Virus record (IMG/VR): IMGVR_UViG_3300035204_001773 | Coordinates: 45,212 to 109,211 of that record | DNA: 64,000 bases | Reading direction: 5' to 3' (one strand) | Origin: a virus | In this document: positions 1-8,094 of the stretch, piece after piece | How the letters are laid out: the number at the start of each line of letters is the position of its first letter | Numbering within the stretch: position 1 is the first letter of the stretch | Translations under genes and position numbers: made by a program | Notes under the pieces: model-generated | What the model was told of the DNA's origin: nothing | The model's input: the letters and a program-made list of their open reading frames with translations, nothing else | Database searches by the model: none

Positions 1-1665
1 TCTGCATTTGATATGAATTGGGTTTCCCTGTTTAATGTCAAGCTTGATATCCTTGGTTTAAGAAGCGTTTCTGTTGTGCATGATGCGTGTGAATCAGTTG
101 GTATTGATATTAAAGATATTAATTTAAACGATGAAATCATTTATCAAAATTTATACGATTTAAAAACTCCCCACGGATTATTCCAAATAGAAGCTGACAC
201 TAACTTTAGTGTTTGCAAGAAGGTTAAACCAAAGAACCTAGAAGAATTAAGTGGGGTACTAGCTCTAGCTAGACCGGGGGCCTTAGCTTTTGCGGATCAA
301 TACGCCAACTTCACAAACACTGGAACAATTGAAACCATTCACCCGTTCTTCGATGACATCTTATCTTCTACTGGAGGAGTGGCCCTGTATCAAGAACAAT
401 TAATGCAAATGGCGCACAAAGTTGGCTTCACATTAGATGAGGCGGAAATTCTTCGCCGCATCGTGGGGAAAAAGAAAATCACAGAAGTTCGCAAATGGAA
501 GAAGAAAATTAGAGACAAAATCAAAGAGAATAATTTAGATAAAAAGATAGGGGATGTACTGTGGAGTGTGCTAGAAGATTCGGCCAATTATTCTTTTAAC
601 AAGTCTCACTCTATAGCGTATGCCGCTCTAGCAGCTATCACCACATACTTAAAATTTAAATATCCCCAACAATTCTTCTTAAGTCTTTTAAAAATGACAA
701 GACATGAGCCAGACCCTATCGCAGAAATCTCTAAGATTCATCAAGAGTTAGACTTGTTTGGTATAAAATTATTGCCTCCCCATATAACGAAATCAGCATT
801 AGACTTTTCAACAGAGGGGGAAGACATTAGGTTTGGTTTGCTATCCATTAAAGGTATTAGCGATAAGAGCATAGAAAAATTAAATAATTTTAGAAATAAA
901 TACTCAAATAAATTTGAAATTTTTCAAGCAGCCAACGAAGCTAATCTCAATATAGGTACTTTATCCGCCTTAATTCAAGCTGGCGCATTAGAAGGCTTCA
1001 AACAGAGTAGGAGCAAGGTTGTCTTGGAGGCTCAACTTTGGAATATCCTTACTCAAAGAGAAAAGAAATACTGCATGTTATTAGCTGAAGAAAATGACTA
1101 CGATTTAATAAAGGTCATGAAAAAGTTAGCTACCTTCAAAGATGACAAAAGTAAGGTGGTAATCAAAGAGTCTAGGATGGCGACAATAAAGAAGAAATAT
1201 ACTCCTTATGTTAAAATTTACGAACAGAATAGTAGCTCAGAAAGTTTCGCTAATTGGTTTTACGAAAAGAGTCTATTGGGGTACACATATAATAAGACAT
1301 TAAAAAATATTTTTGAAGATAAAAGACCCAATCTTCTCTACATAAGAGATATTCTAAACATAGAAGGAGATAGCAACGTAGCGTTTATAGGGCAAGTGGA
1401 GGATGCGTGGTCAGGAGTTTCCCGCACAGCCAAAAAAACCCCGTATCATAAAATGATAATCTCCGATGAAACAGGGACCACGAAAAGTATGATATTCTCA
1501 TTCAAGAAAGATGAATGCGAGAAAGCAAATGGCTGTCTACCCAAAAAGAAAAGCATCGTAATCGTTACAGGAAAGAAAATGGAAGACGACATGGTATTTG
1601 CTAATAAAGTTGGAGTGCAAGAAAACAAAATTTATACCAAACTCTCAGAAATTAAAAATCTATGA
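1..1665 (+). CDS. dnaE: DNA polymerase III alpha subunit, C-terminal part (5'-truncated by window edge)
   Basis: Frame is open from base 1 (SAFDMNW...). DnaE motifs VKLDILGL, GLFQIE, LALARPG, LYQEQLM, AEILRRIVGKKK, YSFNKSHSIAYA, LLPPHI, IRFGLLSIKGI, LIQAGAL and EKSLLG, plus a C-terminal OB-like region. Confidence 0.95.
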   Translation, partial: SAFDMNWVSLFNVKLDILGLRSVSVVHDACESVGIDIKDINLNDEIIYQNLYDLKTPHGLFQIEADTNFSVCKKVKPKNLEELSGVLALARPGALAFADQYANFTNTGTIETIHPFFDDILSSTGGVALYQEQLMQMAHKVGFTLDEAEILRRIVGKKKITEVRKWKKKIRDKIKENNLDKKIGDVLWSVLEDSANYSFNKSHSIAYAALAAITTYLKFKYPQQFFLSLLKMTRHEPDPIAEISKIHQELDLFGIKLLPPHITKSALDFSTEGEDIRFGLLSIKGISDKSIEKLNNFRNKYSNKFEIFQAANEANLNIGTLSALIQAGALEGFKQSRSKVVLEAQLWNILTQREKKYCMLLAEENDYDLIKVMKKLATFKDDKSKVVIKESRMATIKKKYTPYVKIYEQNSSSESFANWFYEKSLLGYTYNKTLKNIFEDKRPNLLYIRDILNIEGDSNVAFIGQVEDAWSGVSRTAKKTPYHKMIISDETGTTKSMIFSFKKDECEKANGCLPKKKSIVIVTGKKMEDDMVFANKVGVQENKIYTKLSEIKNL

Positions 1666-2594
1666 AAGCTATAGTTACAGGCGGCTCCGGATTTATCGGG
1701 GGGCACATAGTAGACGAATTAATTAGTAAAAATTACGAAGTGATCGTTATAGATAATGAGTCTTCTCCGTTTCACGATAAATTTTACCATAATGATGCTG
1801 CGCGATATTACAAGCTAAATATCCTCGACGAAAAAATTGAAGAATTATTTCGTGGCGTAGATCACGTCTTTCATTTAGCTGCAGAATCCCGCATCCAACC
1901 CACTATAGAAAACCCATGTCTTGCGGCGGCGACGAACTACTTAGGAACTTGTAAAATATTAAAATTAAGTTATGAAAACGGAATCGAAAGAGTATTATAT
2001 TCATCAACGAGCTCCGCCTATGGGCTCCAGCCTGCTCCCCATACAGAGGATTTAAAAGTGGATTGTTTAAATCCATATTCTTATACCAAAGTTGCTGGGG
2101 AGCAGCTTTGTAAAATGTACCATAAGATGTTTGGCCTAAATACCGTTATCTTTAGGTACTTTAATGTTTATGGCCCTAGAGAACCCGTTAAAGGTCAGTA
2201 CGCCCCCGTTGTAGGCAGATTCCTTAAGCAATATAGGTCACATAACAAAATGACAGTAGTAAAACCCGGCACCCAAAGTAGAGATTACATACATGTCAGC
2301 GATATAGTAAAAGCAAATATATTAGCAGCAGAATGTACGAATAAAGGAGCCTTTGGGCAAGTCTTTAATATAGGCACCGGAAAAACTTGGAGCGTCCTAG
2401 GGTTGGCTGGGATGATAGCGGATCAATCTTTGTTGGACTACGAGTCCATAGAAGAGCATATAGAATGGCTACCCGAAAGACAGGGAGAAGCCGAAGAGAC
2501 TCTTGCTCATACTTATAAAGCGGAAACATATTTAAATTTTAGAGCGGAAAAAAAATTAGAAGATTACATAAAAGAAGAGTTGACAAAACTATAA
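1662..2594 (+). CDS. NAD-dependent nucleotide-sugar epimerase/dehydratase (extended SDR, GalE/WbpP-like)
   Basis: TGGSGFIG Rossmann motif, HLAA, YSSTSSAYG, catalytic YSYTK, RYFNVYGPR, RDYIHVSD, FNIGTG. ATGA overlap with dnaE stop. Confidence 0.92.
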   Translation: MKAIVTGGSGFIGGHIVDELISKNYEVIVIDNESSPFHDKFYHNDAARYYKLNILDEKIEELFRGVDHVFHLAAESRIQPTIENPCLAAATNYLGTCKILKLSYENGIERVLYSSTSSAYGLQPAPHTEDLKVDCLNPYSYTKVAGEQLCKMYHKMFGLNTVIFRYFNVYGPREPVKGQYAPVVGRFLKQYRSHNKMTVVKPGTQSRDYIHVSDIVKANILAAECTNKGAFGQVFNIGTGKTWSVLGLAGMIADQSLLDYESIEEHIEWLPERQGEAEETLAHTYKAETYLNFRAEKKLEDYIKEELTKL

Positions 2595-2609
2595 AAACTA
2601 TATTATAAT
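2580..2609 (+). promoter_or_regulatory. sigma70-type promoter for the 2619 gene
   Basis: TTGACA (2580-2585), 18 nt, TATAAT (2604-2609). ATG at 2619. Confidence 0.7.
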
Positions 2610-2618
2610 AATTATATC

Positions 2619-3197
2619 ATGTTACAATTTTACAAACCAAACGCTAAATGCTCAGGATCGTCTTGCACATTCTCCTTTAAGCATGAAGATAAAGCTATGT
2701 TCGCCTCCTTAATGAAGCAGCACTCTTGGGACGCTGCGAAGCGCAGGGGGTCTTTCGCGGGTAATAAAAATAATCCTAAAGCCCAAGTATCTATTAAATT
2801 CAGCCTCACTGAGGCAGCTGGCATCTTAGATAGCATCGACACCAATAGGAGTTTATCAGCTTATCACTCTAACGCAAAGCAGGTAACCAAAATCAACTTT
2901 ACTCCTTACGTCCCGAAAGGAAAAGATCAACAACTAGGATTTACCTTATCAGTAAACAAGGAAGCTAAGGAAGACTCAACAGACAAGTCTGTATTTTTGA
3001 TTGGATTTAATTTTCACGAAGCACGCCTCTTAAAAGAATATATTATTCATCACCTTGGGCAATGTTTTCAATTAGATTTTGATAATTATTCTAATCATAA
3101 CACTCGCCAAACTGATCAGATAAAAATTAAAGAACACAATTTAGAAAGCAATAGTTTTGCGCCTCTGAACGAGGAGGAGGAAGACGATATTTGGTAA
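2619..3197 (+). CDS. putative single-stranded DNA-binding protein (Whirly/PC4-like duplicated beta-sheet/helix, acidic tail)
   Basis: Two similar strand-strand-helix endings (IKFSLTEAAGIL and IGFNFHEARLL). SSB-like acidic tail EEEEDDIW. Lies in the replication block. Confidence 0.5.
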   Translation: MLQFYKPNAKCSGSSCTFSFKHEDKAMFASLMKQHSWDAAKRRGSFAGNKNNPKAQVSIKFSLTEAAGILDSIDTNRSLSAYHSNAKQVTKINFTPYVPKGKDQQLGFTLSVNKEAKEDSTDKSVFLIGFNFHEARLLKEYIIHHLGQCFQLDFDNYSNHNTRQTDQIKIKEHNLESNSFAPLNEEEEDDIW

Positions 3198-5123
3198 ATG
3201 AGAAAGAAGAGAGTTTTATTTCAAACTGACGCAGCATTAGCGAAAACGGGCTTTGGCAGAACCGCCAAGGCTTTGATTACGTACCTGCATAGCACGGGCA
3301 AATATGATATAACTCATTACTGCTTAGGTATTAATTATAGTCATCCTTCGAGGTATCGCACCCCTTGGAAAACTATAGGGTGCTTGCCCGATAACCCCGC
3401 CATTCAGAAGCAGATAGAACAAGACCCGGGGTACGCTAGGCAGGTTAATTATGGAGCCTATCACTTGGACAAGGTAATGAATGATGTAAAACCTGACGTA
3501 TATTTTGCCATTCAAGATATATGGGGCGTTGATTATGCGGTAGACAAATCTTGGTTTAAAGAAACGACGTCCGTGATTTGGACCACGTTAGATTCTTTAC
3601 CTATTTTACCCACAGCAATTAACAAAGCCCCCAAGATAGACAACTATTGGATATGGAGCGATTTTGCTACAAAAGCTCTTCACAAGTTGGGGCACAAACA
3701 TGTAAAGACAGTGCACGGACCGGTCGAAAGTAAATATTTTAAGAAACTTCCTGACGAAGATAAGGCGCAGCTTCGCATGAGGTGGGAAGCCTACCTCCCA
3801 ATGGATGCTTTCGTTGTCGGTTTCGTTTTTAGAAATCAACTTAGGAAATCTGTTCCAAATCTTTTAGAGGGATATTCTCTTTTTAAAAAGAAGTTGAAAA
3901 AAGACAAGCCGACCAGACTACTTCTGCACACATCTTGGAGCGAGGGCTGGGATATAGCCTCTTTAGCTAAAGAATATGATATCCCTCAAGAGGAAATCCT
4001 AACTACATATGTTTGTGAAAATTGCAGACAATACGCAATAGTCCCCTTTCATGGAGAAGGCAAACAGTGCCCTTGGTGTCACTCAGAGAAGTCTCTTCGG
4101 ACAACGAATACGGCAGGTGGAGTTTCAGAGCCCCAACTGAACGAGGTGTACAACTTAATGGACGTGTACTGTCACCCATTTACCTCTGGGGGACAAGAGA
4201 TTCCCATCCAAGAAGCTAAGCTCGCAGAGCTAATAACTCTAGTAACAAACTACAGCTGCGGAGAGGAAATGTGCGACCCCAAAGCGGCTTCGCTACCATT
4301 AGAATGGTCAGAATACAGAGAACACAATACTCAATTTATCAAAGCATCAACGTGTCCGAAATCAATAGCGAAACAATTGTACAAAGTTTTCAAAATGAGC
4401 CCGGAGAAAAGAGACAAGATGGGGAGTCAAGCTCGCCAGTTTGCGTTAGATGGGTATTCCGCAGAAAAGATAGGCGCTTTCATTGGTAATTTTATAGATG
4501 AAGCTCCCTATTGTGATTTTGATTTCAGCAAAAAGGAGGAGAAAGAACCATTTGCTACTATTCCAGATGAACCTGATAACGCTAAATGGGTTTTGTCTTT
4601 GTATAATAACATACTTAAGATGAGGCACGTAGACCAAAATGACGAAGGGTTTAAGTATTGGATGTCAGAACTGTCGAAAGGCAAGCCGAGAGACGGAATA
4701 CTCCAGTACTTTAGAAAAACTGCGCATCTTGAATCTGCCAAAGGTGTGGAAGATATCTTTAATGATTTTCTATCTGAAGAAGATGAAGGAAAAAGAATCT
4801 TATATGTTATGCCTGAGGCAATTGGCGACATATTTATGTCTACAAGCCTGTTTCGATCCATTAAAGATACTTATCCCGAGCATAATCTATACGTAGCCAC
4901 GAAAGAAGAACACTTGGAGATACTAGATGGAAACGAATATGTTCACAACACGCTACCTTACATGAAAGAAATGGATAATATATTTTTCTTAGAAGGAAAC
5001 GGCAAGCACAAAGGTTGGTTCGATATAGCGTTCTTACCATTTGTAAACACTCAAAGACATATAACATATACCCACAACGGTAATGACGTTGTAACATATG
5101 ATAATTTAAAATATGAAAACTAA
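3198..5123 (+). CDS. multidomain glycosyltransferase: GT4 (GT-B) with Zn-ribbon insert, DUF4214-like helical domain and N-terminal half of a GT9-like domain
   Basis: TGFGR; VGFVFRNQLRKS; YNLMDVYCHPFTSGGQEIPIQEA (GT4-like); CENC...CPWC; WVLSLYNNIL..DEGFKYWMSELSKG; ILYVMPEAIGDIFMSTSLFRSIKDTYPEHNLYVAT. Confidence 0.85.
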   Translation: MRKKRVLFQTDAALAKTGFGRTAKALITYLHSTGKYDITHYCLGINYSHPSRYRTPWKTIGCLPDNPAIQKQIEQDPGYARQVNYGAYHLDKVMNDVKPDVYFAIQDIWGVDYAVDKSWFKETTSVIWTTLDSLPILPTAINKAPKIDNYWIWSDFATKALHKLGHKHVKTVHGPVESKYFKKLPDEDKAQLRMRWEAYLPMDAFVVGFVFRNQLRKSVPNLLEGYSLFKKKLKKDKPTRLLLHTSWSEGWDIASLAKEYDIPQEEILTTYVCENCRQYAIVPFHGEGKQCPWCHSEKSLRTTNTAGGVSEPQLNEVYNLMDVYCHPFTSGGQEIPIQEAKLAELITLVTNYSCGEEMCDPKAASLPLEWSEYREHNTQFIKASTCPKSIAKQLYKVFKMSPEKRDKMGSQARQFALDGYSAEKIGAFIGNFIDEAPYCDFDFSKKEEKEPFATIPDEPDNAKWVLSLYNNILKMRHVDQNDEGFKYWMSELSKGKPRDGILQYFRKTAHLESAKGVEDIFNDFLSEEDEGKRILYVMPEAIGDIFMSTSLFRSIKDTYPEHNLYVATKEEHLEILDGNEYVHNTLPYMKEMDNIFFLEGNGKHKGWFDIAFLPFVNTQRHITYTHNGNDVVTYDNLKYEN

Positions 5124-6141
5124 AGTATTAATTACAGGCGGCGCGGGATTCATTGGTTCTCACCTAATCGAACACACGCTCCTCACGACAGACTGGGACA
5201 TAGTAGTTCTTGATGGACTTACTTATGCGGGTGACGTAGCAAGAATGACCGACTCAATTTATTACGAACCAGATAGAGTCAACGTCCATTGGCATGACTT
5301 AAGATCACCAATAGGCAAAGCTTTAAGAGACCGAATTGGTCACATAGATTATATCATCAACATGGCTTCTAATTCTCACGTGGAAAATTCCTTAGTTGAT
5401 CCAGTGCCATTCATTCATAGTAATGTAATGCTCGTTTCTCATATGCTTGAATACGCAAGAGATATTAAAGTTAAAAAATTCATACAAGTTTCAACCGATG
5501 AAGTTTATGGCTGTGCACCAGAGGGGTACTCTCATAAAGAATGGGATGTAATTGCCCCGTCTAACCCTTACGCTGGCTCAAAAGCCGCACAGGAAGCGAT
5601 TGCGTACTCTTACTGGCGTTCCTATGGAGTACCCGTAGCAATCACAAACACCATGAACAACTTCGGGGAGCGGCAAGATTGTGAGAAATTTGTACCAATG
5701 GTTGTAAAAAAATTACTAGCCGGAGAAACGGTTCAAGTTCACGCGGAACCTATCCGTGACAATCTCGGAGCAATTGAAAGCTGGAAATCGGGAAGTAGAG
5801 TGTGGCTCCACGCCCGAAATCATGCAGACGCATTAATATGGATGCTTAAAAATGTAAACTTCAACGATCACCCATATAACGAAAGACTTACTAGATTTAA
5901 CGTGGCTGGAGAAAAGGAAATCGGAAATGATGAAATAGTTAGGATGGTAGCTGAGATATTAGATGTCAAACCTAGATTTGAATATTTAGATTTTCATTCC
6001 TCTAGACCCGGTCACGACTTAAGGTACAGCCTTGACGGAACGAAACTCAAAGAGGCGGGGTGGAGTGCCCCAATCTCAATAGCAGAAAGTTTTGAGAAAG
6101 CCGTTCTATGGACAGTAGAAAATCAACATTGGCTAGAATAA
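5113..6141 (+). CDS. rfbB: dTDP-glucose 4,6-dehydratase (RmlB/RfbB-like)
   Basis: TGGAGFIG, DGLTYAG, SHV, VSTDEVYG, PSNPYAGSKA, RPGHDLRYSLD. Confidence 0.88.
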   Translation: MKTKVLITGGAGFIGSHLIEHTLLTTDWDIVVLDGLTYAGDVARMTDSIYYEPDRVNVHWHDLRSPIGKALRDRIGHIDYIINMASNSHVENSLVDPVPFIHSNVMLVSHMLEYARDIKVKKFIQVSTDEVYGCAPEGYSHKEWDVIAPSNPYAGSKAAQEAIAYSYWRSYGVPVAITNTMNNFGERQDCEKFVPMVVKKLLAGETVQVHAEPIRDNLGAIESWKSGSRVWLHARNHADALIWMLKNVNFNDHPYNERLTRFNVAGEKEIGNDEIVRMVAEILDVKPRFEYLDFHSSRPGHDLRYSLDGTKLKEAGWSAPISIAESFEKAVLWTVENQHWLE

Positions 6142-6142
6142 T

Positions 6143-7324
6143 ATGAACTTAGTAGAAACATACGCAACACACACTGGGCTAAGGATAGATAAGCCTTTTA
6201 TCTTGGAAAAGTATTATCCATTAGATATAGAAAAATATGTGACTCTTCACGTACAAACCAAATCTTATAAATCTTATGACCATTGGCAGGCGGTAGTCGA
6301 TCTCATCCTCCCTCTTCTAGAGGAACAAAATATCCACATTGTACAGATAGGTGGGGTTAATGAAAAGAAAATCAAAGGCTGCACGTATCATTTACTAGGG
6401 TCCACAACCATTAATCAATCTGCATATTTAATTAATAACGCGATGATGCACATTGGGTGCGATAGCTACCCAGCGCATATGGCTGGAGCATTTAACAAAA
6501 AATCTGTCATTGCCTACCCCAACTGTAACATAGAAAATGTAAGACCCTACTGGGGAAGCGATATGGATTTAGTGCTGCCGCCCAATAAGGACGGAGTCAA
6601 ACCCCTTTACGCCTTTGAAGAGTTTCCGAAAACAATAAACACTATACCACCAGAAAGGATAGCTAGATCAATTTGTGATAAATTAAATCTTGTTTTCGAT
6701 TTCCCTTATGAGACATTAAAGATCGGGGAGAATTTCCACCTAAAGACCATTGAAGTGGTAACCGACAGGCTTGTTGACCCAGCAGATTTCGATCTGGATA
6801 ATTTAATTGTGAGAAACGATATCTGGCCATATGAACAAGGGTTAGCTAATCAATTAAGTGTTTGTAAATGCTCTATTGTAACAGCAACGCCCATAAGTCC
6901 GTCCATAATTCAACGATACGCGGATAGGATTTTAACAATCGTTTACTATATAGACGAGGATGATGATCCGAAGTTTGCCGAATTCCTAGAGAAGAGCGGC
7001 CTAAATTATTCGCTAAGCTCTAGACTTCCCGAAGAAGAATTAAATAAGAAAAAATTAGATTACATTAATTTAGAAAAGGCTGCAATAATACCTTCCCCCA
7101 TTGTAGATAAAAATGATATAGAAGAAATAAAAGATGTAGATATTGATAAATTATATTATATGTCTGGAAATACCATTCTTTCTAGGTCAAAAGCTTACGC
7201 TAGCAAAGCGGACGTTATTCTTGATGATGAAGTAGAAAATTTCGGTGACGTTAAAAAAGTTAAAGATCATCCAGCGTTTTGGGAGTACGTAGATAATTAT
7301 TTACTACTCAAAATGCTTGACTAG
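6143..7324 (+). CDS. GT9 (heptosyltransferase-like) C-terminal-half protein with extra C-terminal domain
   Basis: YVTLH...KSYDHWQAVV...IVQIGG...LLGSTTINQSAYLINNAMMHIGCDSYPAHMAGAFNKKSV matches the GT9 donor-binding half. Confidence 0.75.
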   Translation: MNLVETYATHTGLRIDKPFILEKYYPLDIEKYVTLHVQTKSYKSYDHWQAVVDLILPLLEEQNIHIVQIGGVNEKKIKGCTYHLLGSTTINQSAYLINNAMMHIGCDSYPAHMAGAFNKKSVIAYPNCNIENVRPYWGSDMDLVLPPNKDGVKPLYAFEEFPKTINTIPPERIARSICDKLNLVFDFPYETLKIGENFHLKTIEVVTDRLVDPADFDLDNLIVRNDIWPYEQGLANQLSVCKCSIVTATPISPSIIQRYADRILTIVYYIDEDDDPKFAEFLEKSGLNYSLSSRLPEEELNKKKLDYINLEKAAIIPSPIVDKNDIEEIKDVDIDKLYYMSGNTILSRSKAYASKADVILDDEVENFGDVKKVKDHPAFWEYVDNYLLLKMLD

Positions 7325-7345
7325 TTTTTAAATCTGTGTTATCAT
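7317..7345 (+). promoter_or_regulatory. sigma70-type extended -10 promoter, probably giving a leaderless transcript
   Basis: TTGACT (7317-7322), 17 nt, TATCAT (7340-7345) with TG at 7337-7338. ATG follows at 7351. Confidence 0.65.
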
Positions 7346-7350
7346 TAGGT

Positions 7351-8088
7351 ATGAGCTTGAAAAGAATCTCCAGAGATGAAGATGGGTTAATCACTGACCT
7401 CGATAATTATATATATACCGACGAAGGTCTTATTGATTGGCGCAAAATGATTGACGCAAAGCACCTCGTCCCGAACAAGCAGAGAACAAAAGAAAAAGAT
7501 GTTACCAAGCTAAAAGATTACGAATTAATAATCCTTCTGGGGGGCATAAAAGAATTAGCTCAAATTCGGGGTTACACAGATGTAAAATACGAGGTTGTTT
7601 CTCCTTCTCCAGATTATGTCGTGGCTACATGCAGCATTACTTGGATTCCCAATTACGAAACAGAAGGGAGAGAGGTAACTTTCTCCGCCATAGGAGACGC
7701 CACACCGCAAAACACACAAAGCTTCGCTAGATTTTTCTTAGGACCCATTGCGGAGAATAGATCTTTTGTGCGATGCGTTAGAAATTTTCTCAAAATCAAC
7801 ATTGTCGCTCAAGACGAAATGGGGGACGTGAAACTTGTTACGGATACCCCTTCGGATCAACAAGAAGAATCCTCAGATAACTTAACAGACCCCAGATTCG
7901 TTTTAGAGAAACTTATGAAAACCAAAGGGATTACCTTTGAGGTTTTAAAAAAGAGATTACAAAAAGAAGTAGAGGACGGAAAGTGGGAATATAAAAAAAT
8001 AGACTCCTTAGACGAGATAACGGATATACCAAAAATCAAAACCTTCGAACTAATAGAACGACTTCAAAAATACAAGGGCAAAAAATAA
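7351..8088 (+). CDS. Rad52/Sak-like single-strand annealing protein (recombinase)
   Basis: VVATCSITW...FSAIGDA...PIAENRSFVRCVRNFLKINIVAQDEM resembles the Rad52-superfamily core (A-E-x-R-A-x-x-R-A). Start moved from GTG 7336 to ATG 7351 to fit the promoter. Confidence 0.6.
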   Translation: MSLKRISRDEDGLITDLDNYIYTDEGLIDWRKMIDAKHLVPNKQRTKEKDVTKLKDYELIILLGGIKELAQIRGYTDVKYEVVSPSPDYVVATCSITWIPNYETEGREVTFSAIGDATPQNTQSFARFFLGPIAENRSFVRCVRNFLKINIVAQDEMGDVKLVTDTPSDQQEESSDNLTDPRFVLEKLMKTKGITFEVLKKRLQKEVEDGKWEYKKIDSLDEITDIPKIKTFELIERLQKYKGKK

Positions 8089-8094
8089 ACCGAA

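Noticed and set aside
7336-7350. GTG start at 7336 from the ORF track
   Set aside because: It lies within the predicted -10 region; ATG 7351 fits better.
1-8088. Bacterial chromosomal LPS/replication locus or a prophage boundary at about 8090
   Set aside because: The mix of dnaE, SSB-like, Rad52-like and sugar genes with minimal spacing fits a large phage; no integrase or att-like repeat seen.
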